This document shows positions 1 through 10,288 of a stretch of DNA of 64,000 bases, one piece after another (within the stretch, counting starts at the first letter, position 1; the number at the start of each line of letters is the position of its first letter). Origin of the DNA: a virus; the IMG/VR virus record IMGVR_UViG_3300005826_000037, positions 32,001 through 96,000 of that record. One strand, written 5' to 3'. The notes beneath the pieces were generated by a model that had not been told where the DNA came from, searched no databases, and saw only the letters and a program-made list of their open reading frames with translations. Position numbers and translations under genes: made by a program.

Positions 1-2012
1 TTATTCGTACAGAAAATTTGATCATCAAATGAAACCATTAATTGACCAGAACCAGGGTCTTTACTAGTTATATTTGCTGTAAATGAAGAATATCCATCAT
101 AAGCAAAATTGGTAACATCACCAAATGTTGCGTGAGCTTTCATCTTTTTCGATAGATTATTTCCAATATCTGACGTTAATGATGATGCAATGCCATATCC
201 GTTTCTTTCCCTTAAAGTTGCTGTAATTACTATTGGTTGTGTTGTGAACTGTTTAGTGTGACTTATTTCAAAATCACTACTACAAGCATCAAAACCTAAC
301 TCAACAATATTTCCCAAAGCAGAGTTTGCATCATCACTTAATTTAGACATACATGCCAAAGCTGTTGCTTGAAATTGTGCTATACCCTCAACTGTTAAGT
401 TTCCACGGAAACCCGCAATAGCAGTGGACAAACATTGCTGTGCACCCTCAATGTCTGGGAAACCATTTGCAACTTCCATTGCGCTACCCAACAAAGATAA
501 CTTAAGAGCAACATCTCCAGCAATAGCCTCATTAACAAAAGTACGATCAAGTGATACATCAGGAATACATCCTGCAGTAATAATATCCTTACTCCATAAA
601 ACCTCATGATTTGGTTTGAATATATATTCAACGTTTTCATAGAAAATATATCCATCATCTTGATTTGGATTTGGATTATCAGTATTTATATCTTGCATAT
701 GAAAGAAATTATTCAGGGTTGCCTGTGTAGATAATTTTGCATATCCATCTTCTGCATAACCATACAAAATACTACCATCATCTTCATAACCTAAACCACC
801 ACCTATATAACATACTCCTGTTGGTACAGATTGGTTGCTATTATCATAAAATTTAAAATTAGATGATGGTACTTGCAACATAACACAATCTTTAAATTGA
901 ATCCATCGAGGATCTCCATCAGAAGAATTAGTTCTATTATATGTTGCAGGATTATAAAACATCCTCAAATCAAATGTATATGGAGCTTGTTTTGGTGGAG
1001 TTGCTGAAGTATAAGTTGAATCTGTTGGGAAAAACACTGGTTTTGGCGTATCAGAAATATCATAAGCATCATATATATTACTAAATGCTTGATTCTGTTC
1101 TTGATATACATCAAAAAATTGAAAACTTTCTGCTCTATATTCAAATGAGAAGGATGGTAATAATGAAAATGTTCTATTAATTTTCCTATAATATTGAAGT
1201 GTCCCTGTTATTCTCTCATAATCATTTTTTACAATCTCAGGACAAACTTCTGCATCACAACAATTGTCTGCATTAGTACTACCAACACTACTAGTACTAC
1301 CATCTCCACATGGAGGAATAGCAAATGCTAAACTCAAAATATCTCTAATAACTCCAAAAACAATATTAAATAGAGCGAGAAGAACAAATAAGTTCTGGAA
1401 TATACAAAGCAATGCACCTAACTTCTGAGCAATAGCCAAAATTGCATTATCATTCGCATCTCTAAATGCATTTGATAGTGCTAAAATGTTTCTTAAAATA
1501 AGTTGAATAAATTTGATTATTTGTTCAATTATATATTTAATCAAAGCTAGCAATAATAGTAGCAATGAAATTATCATAATGATAAGAGCCCATAATGGGA
1601 ATAGATTTAGAAAATCAGGAATACATCTTCTAAATAATCTTTTAACTGCTCTTAATACTTTGAATGGATTTTTTAAGGCGCAAAGAACTTCTATGACACA
1701 TAATAGTAACTTTAATAATGGGAGGAAAAACTTATACATCATAAGGTAAGGCATAAATTGATCAAGTAATTTCATAATCGCATCAAAAATATCCTTACCA
1801 AAATTAGGATTTAACTGTGGTAATAACGCTCCTGGAGGAATGAGCATTTGCAATTGATTCAATAAATCTAATAGATTCTCTGGAAATCCTTCTGGAAATG
1901 GATTGATGTTAGGTAGTTTAAGGGAAAAAGGCACCCCAAAACCTGGAATTGCAATTCCACTAGGACCATCAGGTAAATCTATTGATACATCATTTGGGCT
2001 ACATGGTGTCAT
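1..2012 (-). CDS. large baseplate-region protein with hydrophobic N-terminal helices and Ig-like C-terminal part; runs off the window edge (not in ORF track)
   Basis: Manual translation from ATG at 2012 gives MTPCSPNDVSIDLPDGPSGIAIPGFG...LWALIIMIISLLLLLLALIKY...; segments checked near 750, 650, 100 and 1 are in frame and open (...DPGSGQLMVSFDDQIFCTN). Follows the baseplate genes; at least 3 DGY motifs. Confidence 0.75.
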   Translation of the reverse strand, partial: MTPCSPNDVSIDLPDGPSGIAIPGFGVPFSLKLPNINPFPEGFPENLLDLLNQLQMLIPPGALLPQLNPNFGKDIFDAIMKLLDQFMPYLMMYKFFLPLLKLLLCVIEVLCALKNPFKVLRAVKRLFRRCIPDFLNLFPLWALIIMIISLLLLLLALIKYIIEQIIKFIQLILRNILALSNAFRDANDNAILAIAQKLGALLCIFQNLFVLLALFNIVFGVIRDILSLAFAIPPCGDGSTSSVGSTNADNCCDAEVCPEIVKNDYERITGTLQYYRKINRTFSLLPSFSFEYRAESFQFFDVYQEQNQAFSNIYDAYDISDTPKPVFFPTDSTYTSATPPKQAPYTFDLRMFYNPATYNRTNSSDGDPRWIQFKDCVMLQVPSSNFKFYDNSNQSVPTGVCYIGGGLGYEDDGSILYGYAEDGYAKLSTQATLNNFFHMQDINTDNPNPNQDDGYIFYENVEYIFKPNHEVLWSKDIITAGCIPDVSLDRTFVNEAIAGDVALKLSLLGSAMEVANGFPDIEGAQQCLSTAIAGFRGNLTVEGIAQFQATALACMSKLSDDANSALGNIVELGFDACSSDFEISHTKQFTTQPIVITATLRERNGYGIASSLTSDIGNNLSKKMKAHATFGDVTNFAYDGYSSFTANITSKDPGSGQLMVSFDDQIFCTN

Positions 2013-2020
2013 GCTTGTAT

Positions 2021-2028
2021 ATATATCA
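2021..2028 (-). promoter_or_regulatory. TGATATAT motif, 16 nt upstream of ATG (putative leaderless phage promoter)
   Basis: Minus strand reads TGATATATATACAAGC-ATG; same spacing at 6 other genes. Confidence 0.6.
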
Positions 2029-2029
2029 G

Positions 2030-2377
2030 TTAGTTTTGACCAGGAACTTTAGGCTCTAATACGCCAATATCTGATGTTTTCTTATTCAATGATCTTTCTA
2101 TTTCGGCAATACATTTATCAAGAACTGACTCAATTGCTGCGTCTACTTTCACAATATCAACAGAATCAATATCATGATAAATCATAACCTTAGCTGCAGC
2201 TTTCCATAAATCTCTTTTTATATCTTCTTTAAGATCATCAAAAGCATATGTATCAATTTCTGTTGCTGTTACTTTGGCAGCAGCCATTGCATTCTTTGCA
2301 AGTTTCTCCATTCCTTGATCATTTGCTTCTTGTGCCTGGAGTACAATTTTTGTTGTTGTTGATTTAATATTTTTCAT
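2030..2377 (-). CDS. hypothetical protein with helical motif shared with internal head proteins
   Basis: 115 aa ORF; ATGA overlap with the upstream gene; KIVLQAQEANDQGMEKLAKNAM resembles the LxxAxxLDxxGxxxxA motif. Confidence 0.7.
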   Translation of the reverse strand: MKNIKSTTTKIVLQAQEANDQGMEKLAKNAMAAAKVTATEIDTYAFDDLKEDIKRDLWKAAAKVMIYHDIDSVDIVKVDAAIESVLDKCIAEIERSLNKKTSDIGVLEPKVPGQN

Positions 2378-4386
2378 ATTGAGCCACCAAAACCCTTCAT
2401 TACTGGTCTTTCCTGTATTTTAACAATTTCTGCTTGAATATCTATAGTTGCATCAGATGATATCTTCATGCCTTGTGATGCGTGTATTTGCAAAAATGAT
2501 GGAGTCATAATCTTTACGCCATCATTATCAATTCTTATCATATGAGCATAACCACCATCAGTTATTACTCTTAAATCTAATACCGCACCATAATTACCAT
2601 TATTAGATTTAGCAAATCTGCTATCTGTTGCAACACCAACCCCACCAATTTGCATATAAACATCGCCATCCATATTCATAGCTAAACTTTTATTTGTCAA
2701 ATCTCTTCCAATATTACCAACAATTCCACCAGCCATATCAATCCATAGAGATTGGCGATCAATAGTATTAGCCCCAATATTAAATTCTAAAGACCCGTCA
2801 AAATTTATTGAACCACTACGACCGCCAGCATTAGCATTTTCCCCACTAACATATATTGTATCACTAACAACAGATGATAAATGTGCATTAGCCTCAACTA
2901 TATCATCAATGTTTATATTCCTATACGTTGATGTATCTGCCTGATATCTAATATAGTCATCTCCAGTAAAAGCATAACATGTTGACAAAATATCATGATA
3001 TGCTGTGCCATGTTTTATATGCTTTTCAGTAATTCTATCAAGAGGTGTTCCATCTGCATCTCCATTCTTAATTGATATTGAACCTCTATTTTTTGATCCT
3101 GTATCAATTCCATCAACAGTTTTTGATTCTGAAAATCGCTTAAAATCTGGAGCAGGAAATGAATCATGAAGTATATCAAGATTATCTTCTCTATAAAATA
3201 AAGCATCTGGATTATCTGTCAATGTAGAATAGTTTTCATATCTAGTTAATAATGGAATGTTGCCAGTTTCACTAGATGCAGGAACATTTATTTTAAATTG
3301 ACCCTCTTTATCAACATCAATAAAAAATCTACTTCTATCTCTACCATAATCTTCATTAGAGTCTATATCTGGCAGTACAACCTTGCCATCTTGACCTGTT
3401 AGATCTTTTCTAGCATTAATCTCAAAATGGTATGCAATACTCTTTCTTTCAAGAGCTTTAATTGCTAAAAATGATGCAGTTTTATCTTCACTTTTTTCAG
3501 ACTTAATTGTTTCATTCTCTCCGCCTACAGGAATTGGATATCTATTAAGATCTAAAATGTTTCCGAAAATATCTATAACTGTTCCCTTAACAGTTTCCAT
3601 TAGATAATTTGGTTCATAAAGAGTTAAGCTTAAAGTATCTGCTCTACTATTTCTTCTGCTTATATAATTTAAATCAACAGACTCATCTTCGCTATTCCCA
3701 TACAAACGAGACTCTGTAACATTGTCTGCAACATCAGCTTCTAATTGAAACTCATATACCTGTTCTCTCTTTTCAACAAAAGCCGGATTTTTATTAGAAC
3801 CAGAAACTACACTGATAGATACAGAAGGATCCATTCCTATCTTATAATAGTATTTATCATAATCATCACTTGTAAGCTTTATAGATTGTGGAAACTTTTT
3901 ATTAATTTTTAGATCTCTTTTTACAAGTCCGTTTATTGATCTTGACGCTTGTGTAAAACTAAACTCCTCATCAAAATTATAACTAGCTATTCCAGTGCCA
4001 GCATTTAGACGTATATTATTAATATCAGAGCCTATTTTAATATTGTAATTTCCATCAAGCGTGATTTTAGTGCTATCATTACTTTGAAGTAAAAGCTCGT
4101 CTTTTTTTATAGATGGTACATAATCAGTATTTGACGGCTTAAATGATACAAAGAAATACTCTCCACCGCTTCCTTGTCCAACAACAACTGGTGTACCGTT
4201 TTTTGGCAAAGTCCCAACAAATGGTCCGTCATTATTAAATATAGCAGTTGGCAGAATGATTTCTACTGGCTTATTACTACTTGTAGCATTAGCCCCAACA
4301 AGTTTTACTTGCGCTTTGTTAGTTTTTCCATTATAACCAACAATTGTGCCCGTAAATAATAGTCCAACCTCTTCGCTAAATAACAT
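2374..4386 (-). CDS. putative baseplate central spike (gp5/GpV-like N-terminal OB fold)
   Basis: N-terminal GTIVGYNG...AQVKL...LPKNGTPVVVG pattern; short beta-repeat C-terminus; directly after the hub-like gene. Confidence 0.6.
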   Translation of the reverse strand: MLFSEEVGLLFTGTIVGYNGKTNKAQVKLVGANATSSNKPVEIILPTAIFNNDGPFVGTLPKNGTPVVVGQGSGGEYFFVSFKPSNTDYVPSIKKDELLLQSNDSTKITLDGNYNIKIGSDINNIRLNAGTGIASYNFDEEFSFTQASRSINGLVKRDLKINKKFPQSIKLTSDDYDKYYYKIGMDPSVSISVVSGSNKNPAFVEKREQVYEFQLEADVADNVTESRLYGNSEDESVDLNYISRRNSRADTLSLTLYEPNYLMETVKGTVIDIFGNILDLNRYPIPVGGENETIKSEKSEDKTASFLAIKALERKSIAYHFEINARKDLTGQDGKVVLPDIDSNEDYGRDRSRFFIDVDKEGQFKINVPASSETGNIPLLTRYENYSTLTDNPDALFYREDNLDILHDSFPAPDFKRFSESKTVDGIDTGSKNRGSISIKNGDADGTPLDRITEKHIKHGTAYHDILSTCYAFTGDDYIRYQADTSTYRNINIDDIVEANAHLSSVVSDTIYVSGENANAGGRSGSINFDGSLEFNIGANTIDRQSLWIDMAGGIVGNIGRDLTNKSLAMNMDGDVYMQIGGVGVATDSRFAKSNNGNYGAVLDLRVITDGGYAHMIRIDNDGVKIMTPSFLQIHASQGMKISSDATIDIQAEIVKIQERPVMKGFGGSI

Positions 4387-7300
4387 CAGGTTCCCGTCAC
4401 TTCCTGAGCATTCTCATCATCAAAAACAATCCAACAATCAACTATATACCTAATTAAGGTAGATCTTAATTTGTCGCTTTCTTTTACTATATTACCCTGA
4501 CTATTTGTGTTATTATTACTATCTTCTTTGTTTTGTTTATCTGAATCATCTCCACTTGTAGAGGCACGAGAAGCTACTAAATCTCTAACAATATTCCATG
4601 CATTCTGAGAAGGAGATCTTGGATCATCTTCATCATCTAAATTAATAGCTTCTATCACAACCAAATCTTTTGATAATGTTTGTGGGGGATATTTAGATTG
4701 AGTCTCGGCACTAGGCAGATTAGACTGACCAATAAAAGTTTTCATTACTAACTCAGCAAAACCTTCAATAGTCGCATTTGCAGGTTTATCATTACTATAA
4801 TAATATCTTATCTGAACCTTATTGATTGGAGGATTATTATTAACAGAAATCTCATTAGTATTAACATACTGCGAGATAGAATATAGCGCATTCTTAATCT
4901 CTCTTTCATTTTGAAATGAAACCTCATTTTTATCTGCAGTAAAATAATAGCCAGATGTATCTGTATAACTAACAGAATTTGCATCCAATCTTAAAACTGC
5001 TATTGGTTTTTCATTTAAACCACTAGTTTGCCTTTGAACAACTAATGATGATAGATCTCTATTATTATAGATCATCTTACCCATTACATCAAGTGTTGTT
5101 GGAATATACTCACCAGGAGCATGACCATAAGTTAAATTTAGATTTGTTGTAAATCCTGAAGCGTAATTAAATGAATGACTAACTGAATTTATATAATATA
5201 AAAGACCACGATCTTCTATATACACAACTTCTCCCGGTTGCATAAATTCATTACCAGAAATTGTTACATTACCTTTAAGAACCCCTCTTCTTGCTCTACT
5301 CAATAACATACTTGAGTAAGGAGCACATTGAGCATGTGGATTTTGTAAAAACGGAACATTTACTTGGCTAGGTAATTTCAACCCATAATTACGCCACATA
5401 TCATAATCAACAGCTATAGCTGTTGTTAATGGATTTCCTCCACCCGGAAAAGCCCCCTCAAATCCTCCTGGCAAAGCACCTGGAGCAAATTGATTTAAAG
5501 TACCCCTTACTTCCACTCCAGTATATTCTGGAGCGCTTTCCTCAAAACTAAATGATTGAATTTGAGAGTTCTTTATAATATATCTGCTGCCAGATCCGGG
5601 TCCATAATCATCATAAGTTTCATCCTCAATCATATGACTAAAAACCTCAGGAATATTTTCATTAGCATATGAGCTAGGAGATAATAGCATGTTTGAAAAG
5701 GCTTGGTCAGTATCTATAGATTTAAATTCAGTACAATTCTTAAGAGTAGCATAAAATAATCTGATTGCCTTTTGTCTTTCTGCTATTTTCTCTGATAAAT
5801 CTCTTGTAGTCTTGTAAAGATCTGGCACCTGCTCTGTACTACCTTCAACATAATCAAATGTGGTTGTATATGTTTTAAGGTCAACCCTAACACCTGTACG
5901 ATCATAAATTCTATCAGACAATTCATTTATTCTATTCAAAGACCTCTTGTTTTCAATTGCTTGAAAAGGAAAGCCTCCCTGTTTCAAAATTTGAGACCTT
6001 AATGTATCCAAAATGAATTGTGCTCTATCAGGGGCAGAAAATACATCATTTCTAGACTGAGATTGTGATTGAATAGTTTTTATATATGAAGATGGTTCTA
6101 AACTACTGGCATCAGTAACAATATCTTCAATCTTATTAATTGTTCCAGTATACGTATTAGATATAAATTTGAAAGGATCTTTTCCGACAGTATTTTGTTT
6201 AGGTGTATAACCTGTTGATCCGTTGTTGTAAAATTCTATAAATTGAATACACTCATAATCATTATTATACCCAAGTGTAGCACATTGCAATCTTATATAA
6301 TCTTCAACAATCTCTATTTGCTCTTTCAATGATTGTAATTTAGAAGTAAATAGTTCATCAACAAATTCAGGATAAACTTGGGTACCATTACTTCTTTTTT
6401 CCTCAATCATTCTATAAAAAATAGAGCTTGGCATTCTATTATATTGAGGAGCCCTTACTCTAATATGACCTTGTGTATCACAAAAAACTTCAAGATTTAA
6501 AACACCAGCAGTTACCCTTATCTTTTCTAAAACACTAGTAAAATTGTTATTATATAATTTGATGCCATCTAATTCTTGATTATAAGCCAAAATATCATAG
6601 TCCTTATCATAATAATCATCAACTATAAATAAATTCTTATCATCATTAGCTCTCACATTATATGACATTCTTCTTGTCAAGAAATTAACTTGTCTACGTA
6701 ATTGTTTTCTAAACTTAGTTTTTGCTGAAACTTGATTTTGATTAGAATCTGTTATAAATGAATCTATTTCATCACTTGATTCATAAATAACTTCATCACC
6801 ATTTTGAACATAATAATCTTTATCCTGTGTTCTTAATGCAACTATAAGCTGCCTAACACTTTCACCAACTTTACTAAAATCTGCTTCAATCTTTTTTCTA
6901 GCAGGGTTATCATTTACAGAATCATATCCAACTTCTTTAAAAGCATTCCATGTTTGAGTTTCTTCAGCTAATTTCGCATACTTTTGTAAATATTCATCTA
7001 GCCTACTATTAAGTTCTGATATACGAAATTGTCCTTGCAAATGTTTGGCAAATGTAGATTCATCAACAACTAAATTCTTGAATGGAATAAAATTACCCCA
7101 CAAAAGATTATTCTTCGATAAATTTGTTCTTATTGATTCAAAATATGTCTCTGCAGCACTTCTGTTTGTATTAGGATCTCCATCAAAACTACCACCGCCA
7201 ATTGATTTCCAATATGTCGCAAAATTATATGGGACACCAGTAATCAATAAAGACAAAACATTCATAACATCTTGCCCAGCAAATGGGTCTTTATATATTG

Positions 7301-9383
7301 AAGTAATTCCAACTTTATCTGGAGAATTTAATTGAGTAGAGTCTCCAAACTGAACTAAAACGCCAATACCTTCTTTCCATTTATACACCAATCCATCTGG
7401 AGCATAAAATACCCTGGTTGTAAGACCAGATGTAGGATCAATACTCTTATCTTGAATAATGTTTTCAGCAGTTAAAGGTTGCCCAATACTAGGTCCTTCC
7501 TTATGTTTAGCTAAACAATATGCCCCTTCAGACCCTTTATATGAAAGAAGATATTTATTCTCTTCTAATAATTCTGGTGTTTCTGCTTTAGTATTAGAGG
7601 ATATCGTATCAAATTTTGTTTTAAATGGAGTTAGAGGATCAAAAATAGAACCATTAAATACATCAACACCTGGTTTAAAGTTCACCTGCCCCATTTCAAA
7701 ATATTTGGTATTATCTTTACAACTAACATCTACCTTATGTGCCCCATTACTCCATTTAAGTGATGCTTTTTCTACCACGCCACCAAACACATGTATCCCT
7801 TCTTTTTCATCAACAAATTGAGAGCGTAAAGCTGCCCACATTGTATTTGGAAAATCTTTACCAACAAACGCTGCCTTTTCAATCTGAAAAACTGCATCAG
7901 TTTGTGGACTGAATACTGTATTGAAAGCACTCTTAAGATCTGTAAGTTGTTTTGCAATTCCTTGTATCAGACCCATTCCATTGAATGTATTAACCATTCC
8001 TCCCATTATAGTTTTGTCATATTTACTTCTTGATGAAATATAAATATGAACAACATCTTGTGGCTGGATAATTAGCTTTCCAAGGAAGTTAAATCTTAGC
8101 TTCCTTCTTGCATAGTTAGTTTTCTCATTTGCTGTCTGCAAAGAATTATTAGAATTTGCAATTAATGTTAATCTATCAAAAATAGCCTTAACTAGCCTAT
8201 TAAAAATATCAAGTTCTGAATCTGGAGAAGTTCTTGTAAGTTCTGTTTCTCTATCATATAGTTTTATTTTATTTGTTCCTAAACCATCTTCTCCTGCAAT
8301 AGCTCCACCTTGCAAATATTCCGGAGCAACAGTTACTCCACTAGAACTAGATGTAATAGATCCTAAAATGCCACTCAAAGCATTATAATCAAACTTTATC
8401 TCAGTACCTATTCTATCTATAATAGCAATAACTCTTCTTCCTAATAAAGTATCTGGATTAATTTTGAATGAAATTGCACTAGCACCCCTGTCTGCTCTAT
8501 ATTTATTCAATCTGTTTTGTAATTCATTAATTAATAGAGTTATATTTTCTTTTCCTGTTTGAAATGTTTTACTAGTGTAAAAAACATTTGATGCATCAGA
8601 AATTGCCCTCTCAATATCATAAGACGTAACCGTCATAGCATTATAAGGATCTTCCATAGAGAATTCACAATGTCCACTTCCAAGACTAACACCTAATGAT
8701 GTTGATAAATTAGAAAAATTGGTAAATTCAATTACTCCAGTTCCTTCTGCATATTGAGATTTAATTAAGTTTAAACTATCCGTAATCCATGTAGTATGTG
8801 GACTAGTTATGTTATAACCGTAAATTCTCTTTAATTTATCAGATATATTAACGGCACTAGTTGCTGCTGTACCACCACTTTCTGTAAATCCCGTATCAGA
8901 TAATTCGTCCATTAATGTTATTAACAACGGGATCATTGAATTATCTATCTCTCCAACAATTGAAGTTACTTTCTGTAATTTTGATAATTTTTCAAGAGTA
9001 GCAATTTGTCTGCACTTATTTTGGAAAAGAATCTTCATTGATCTGAAATATAGTTTTTCATCAGAGTTCATAAAATCTGGTCTGAAATTATCAGCAATTG
9101 ATGAGAACATCTTTTTCTTAACAAGAATCGTTGCATTTGGTTCTTGCATAAGAATTTCCAATTGTTTTGGAACGGTTTTATATGGAGTCTCTCTTAAATA
9201 ACCTTGTTCTAGATATCTTCTTTCTGCAGATTGATCAAACTTATTAGCAAAATCACCAAGCGCACCGTACTTAACTTCTTTACCATCAATTACAGAATCA
9301 AGAGTATGTGTAGTATTTTCTCCTAAAGAAAACTGATCTGCAAGCTGATTACCTAGTGCGCCCAAAAAATCTGAAAAACCCAT
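4386..9383 (-). CDS. putative baseplate hub protein (gp27/GpD-like) with large insertions
   Basis: 1665 aa; VFGGVVEKAS...VDVSCKD, EVFCDTQGHIRVRAPQYN and GNVTISGNEFMQPGEVVYI...YYINSVSHSF...FTTNLNLTYG are hub-type segments; synteny. Confidence 0.65.
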   Translation of the reverse strand: MGFSDFLGALGNQLADQFSLGENTTHTLDSVIDGKEVKYGALGDFANKFDQSAERRYLEQGYLRETPYKTVPKQLEILMQEPNATILVKKKMFSSIADNFRPDFMNSDEKLYFRSMKILFQNKCRQIATLEKLSKLQKVTSIVGEIDNSMIPLLITLMDELSDTGFTESGGTAATSAVNISDKLKRIYGYNITSPHTTWITDSLNLIKSQYAEGTGVIEFTNFSNLSTSLGVSLGSGHCEFSMEDPYNAMTVTSYDIERAISDASNVFYTSKTFQTGKENITLLINELQNRLNKYRADRGASAISFKINPDTLLGRRVIAIIDRIGTEIKFDYNALSGILGSITSSSSGVTVAPEYLQGGAIAGEDGLGTNKIKLYDRETELTRTSPDSELDIFNRLVKAIFDRLTLIANSNNSLQTANEKTNYARRKLRFNFLGKLIIQPQDVVHIYISSRSKYDKTIMGGMVNTFNGMGLIQGIAKQLTDLKSAFNTVFSPQTDAVFQIEKAAFVGKDFPNTMWAALRSQFVDEKEGIHVFGGVVEKASLKWSNGAHKVDVSCKDNTKYFEMGQVNFKPGVDVFNGSIFDPLTPFKTKFDTISSNTKAETPELLEENKYLLSYKGSEGAYCLAKHKEGPSIGQPLTAENIIQDKSIDPTSGLTTRVFYAPDGLVYKWKEGIGVLVQFGDSTQLNSPDKVGITSIYKDPFAGQDVMNVLSLLITGVPYNFATYWKSIGGGSFDGDPNTNRSAAETYFESIRTNLSKNNLLWGNFIPFKNLVVDESTFAKHLQGQFRISELNSRLDEYLQKYAKLAEETQTWNAFKEVGYDSVNDNPARKKIEADFSKVGESVRQLIVALRTQDKDYYVQNGDEVIYESSDEIDSFITDSNQNQVSAKTKFRKQLRRQVNFLTRRMSYNVRANDDKNLFIVDDYYDKDYDILAYNQELDGIKLYNNNFTSVLEKIRVTAGVLNLEVFCDTQGHIRVRAPQYNRMPSSIFYRMIEEKRSNGTQVYPEFVDELFTSKLQSLKEQIEIVEDYIRLQCATLGYNNDYECIQFIEFYNNGSTGYTPKQNTVGKDPFKFISNTYTGTINKIEDIVTDASSLEPSSYIKTIQSQSQSRNDVFSAPDRAQFILDTLRSQILKQGGFPFQAIENKRSLNRINELSDRIYDRTGVRVDLKTYTTTFDYVEGSTEQVPDLYKTTRDLSEKIAERQKAIRLFYATLKNCTEFKSIDTDQAFSNMLLSPSSYANENIPEVFSHMIEDETYDDYGPGSGSRYIIKNSQIQSFSFEESAPEYTGVEVRGTLNQFAPGALPGGFEGAFPGGGNPLTTAIAVDYDMWRNYGLKLPSQVNVPFLQNPHAQCAPYSSMLLSRARRGVLKGNVTISGNEFMQPGEVVYIEDRGLLYYINSVSHSFNYASGFTTNLNLTYGHAPGEYIPTTLDVMGKMIYNNRDLSSLVVQRQTSGLNEKPIAVLRLDANSVSYTDTSGYYFTADKNEVSFQNEREIKNALYSISQYVNTNEISVNNNPPINKVQIRYYYSNDKPANATIEGFAELVMKTFIGQSNLPSAETQSKYPPQTLSKDLVVIEAINLDDEDDPRSPSQNAWNIVRDLVASRASTSGDDSDKQNKEDSNNNTNSQGNIVKESDKLRSTLIRYIVDCWIVFDDENAQEVTGT

Positions 9384-10279
9384 TAAAATATTCCTTCATT
9401 ATTGAAATATGAATTTGGCGTGCCATAATCACTATATCCATTATTAGCACTCTTCGACCATGGGAAGTAATTAAGCCTATACCCTCTTCTTTGAGTTGCT
9501 ATAAATGACATCCTATAATTTAATAGGAAGTTATCTGCTCTCTCAGTTACATTCATGTTTTCAAAAAATCCTCTATAAACCCATCCACCATAATACATTT
9601 CAACACCAAAAGCCAACTGAGCCATTGTTGTTATATTTTTCGCAGACAATGCATTTGCACTTGGTGAATCAGCACCTAAAAGACCACCAAGAATTCCTCC
9701 AGCATCAGACCCAAATAAAGCATTACCTACAGCATTCAATCCTTGATTAGCAAGATCATTAACAGAATTAGAAGCTGCAAGAGACAAAGCAACGCCATCA
9801 TTAGCATATTGTTCTGCTCTATATATTTCATAAAGCATATTTATACCTTCTATTCCTGCACTTCCAGTAGTACCTTCAATATTGATTGTTGTAAGCTCTT
9901 CTCCCCAATATTGAAGTGTATACCCGCCTTTTGTTCTTACTTTAGTTATTAGCTTTTTATGATCATAAGTAATTCCTTGGGGATTTATATACATTCTTAC
10001 CAACCCAAACTCTGGAATAAACCATGTTATTATGTTTCTTTTAAAACCAGATTCTCTATTGTTTGATACCTTAGTATATGGCAAGCCATTTCCATCAGCA
10101 GAATATGCTGCGGGCACGGTAAATCCATCACCAGTAGTATAAGTTTTATTACCATTTAAGAAATCTTGTGCCTGATTCAATTTGTCTAATGCATATGTAG
10201 TGTTGTCACTAATAAAATCATTTGTCGCAACAGCTGCATTACCAATAGAATTTGCAACGCCATCAGCAAAATTTGCCAT
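9383..10279 (-). CDS. putative tail tube initiator / baseplate protein
   Basis: MYINPQGITYDHKK...RTKGGYTLQYWGEELTTINIEGTTG and YRGFFENMNVTE...YRMSF; position after the tape measure gene. Confidence 0.6.
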   Translation of the reverse strand: MANFADGVANSIGNAAVATNDFISDNTTYALDKLNQAQDFLNGNKTYTTGDGFTVPAAYSADGNGLPYTKVSNNRESGFKRNIITWFIPEFGLVRMYINPQGITYDHKKLITKVRTKGGYTLQYWGEELTTINIEGTTGSAGIEGINMLYEIYRAEQYANDGVALSLAASNSVNDLANQGLNAVGNALFGSDAGGILGGLLGADSPSANALSAKNITTMAQLAFGVEMYYGGWVYRGFFENMNVTERADNFLLNYRMSFIATQRRGYRLNYFPWSKSANNGYSDYGTPNSYFNNEGIF

Positions 10280-10288
10280 TTATTTACC

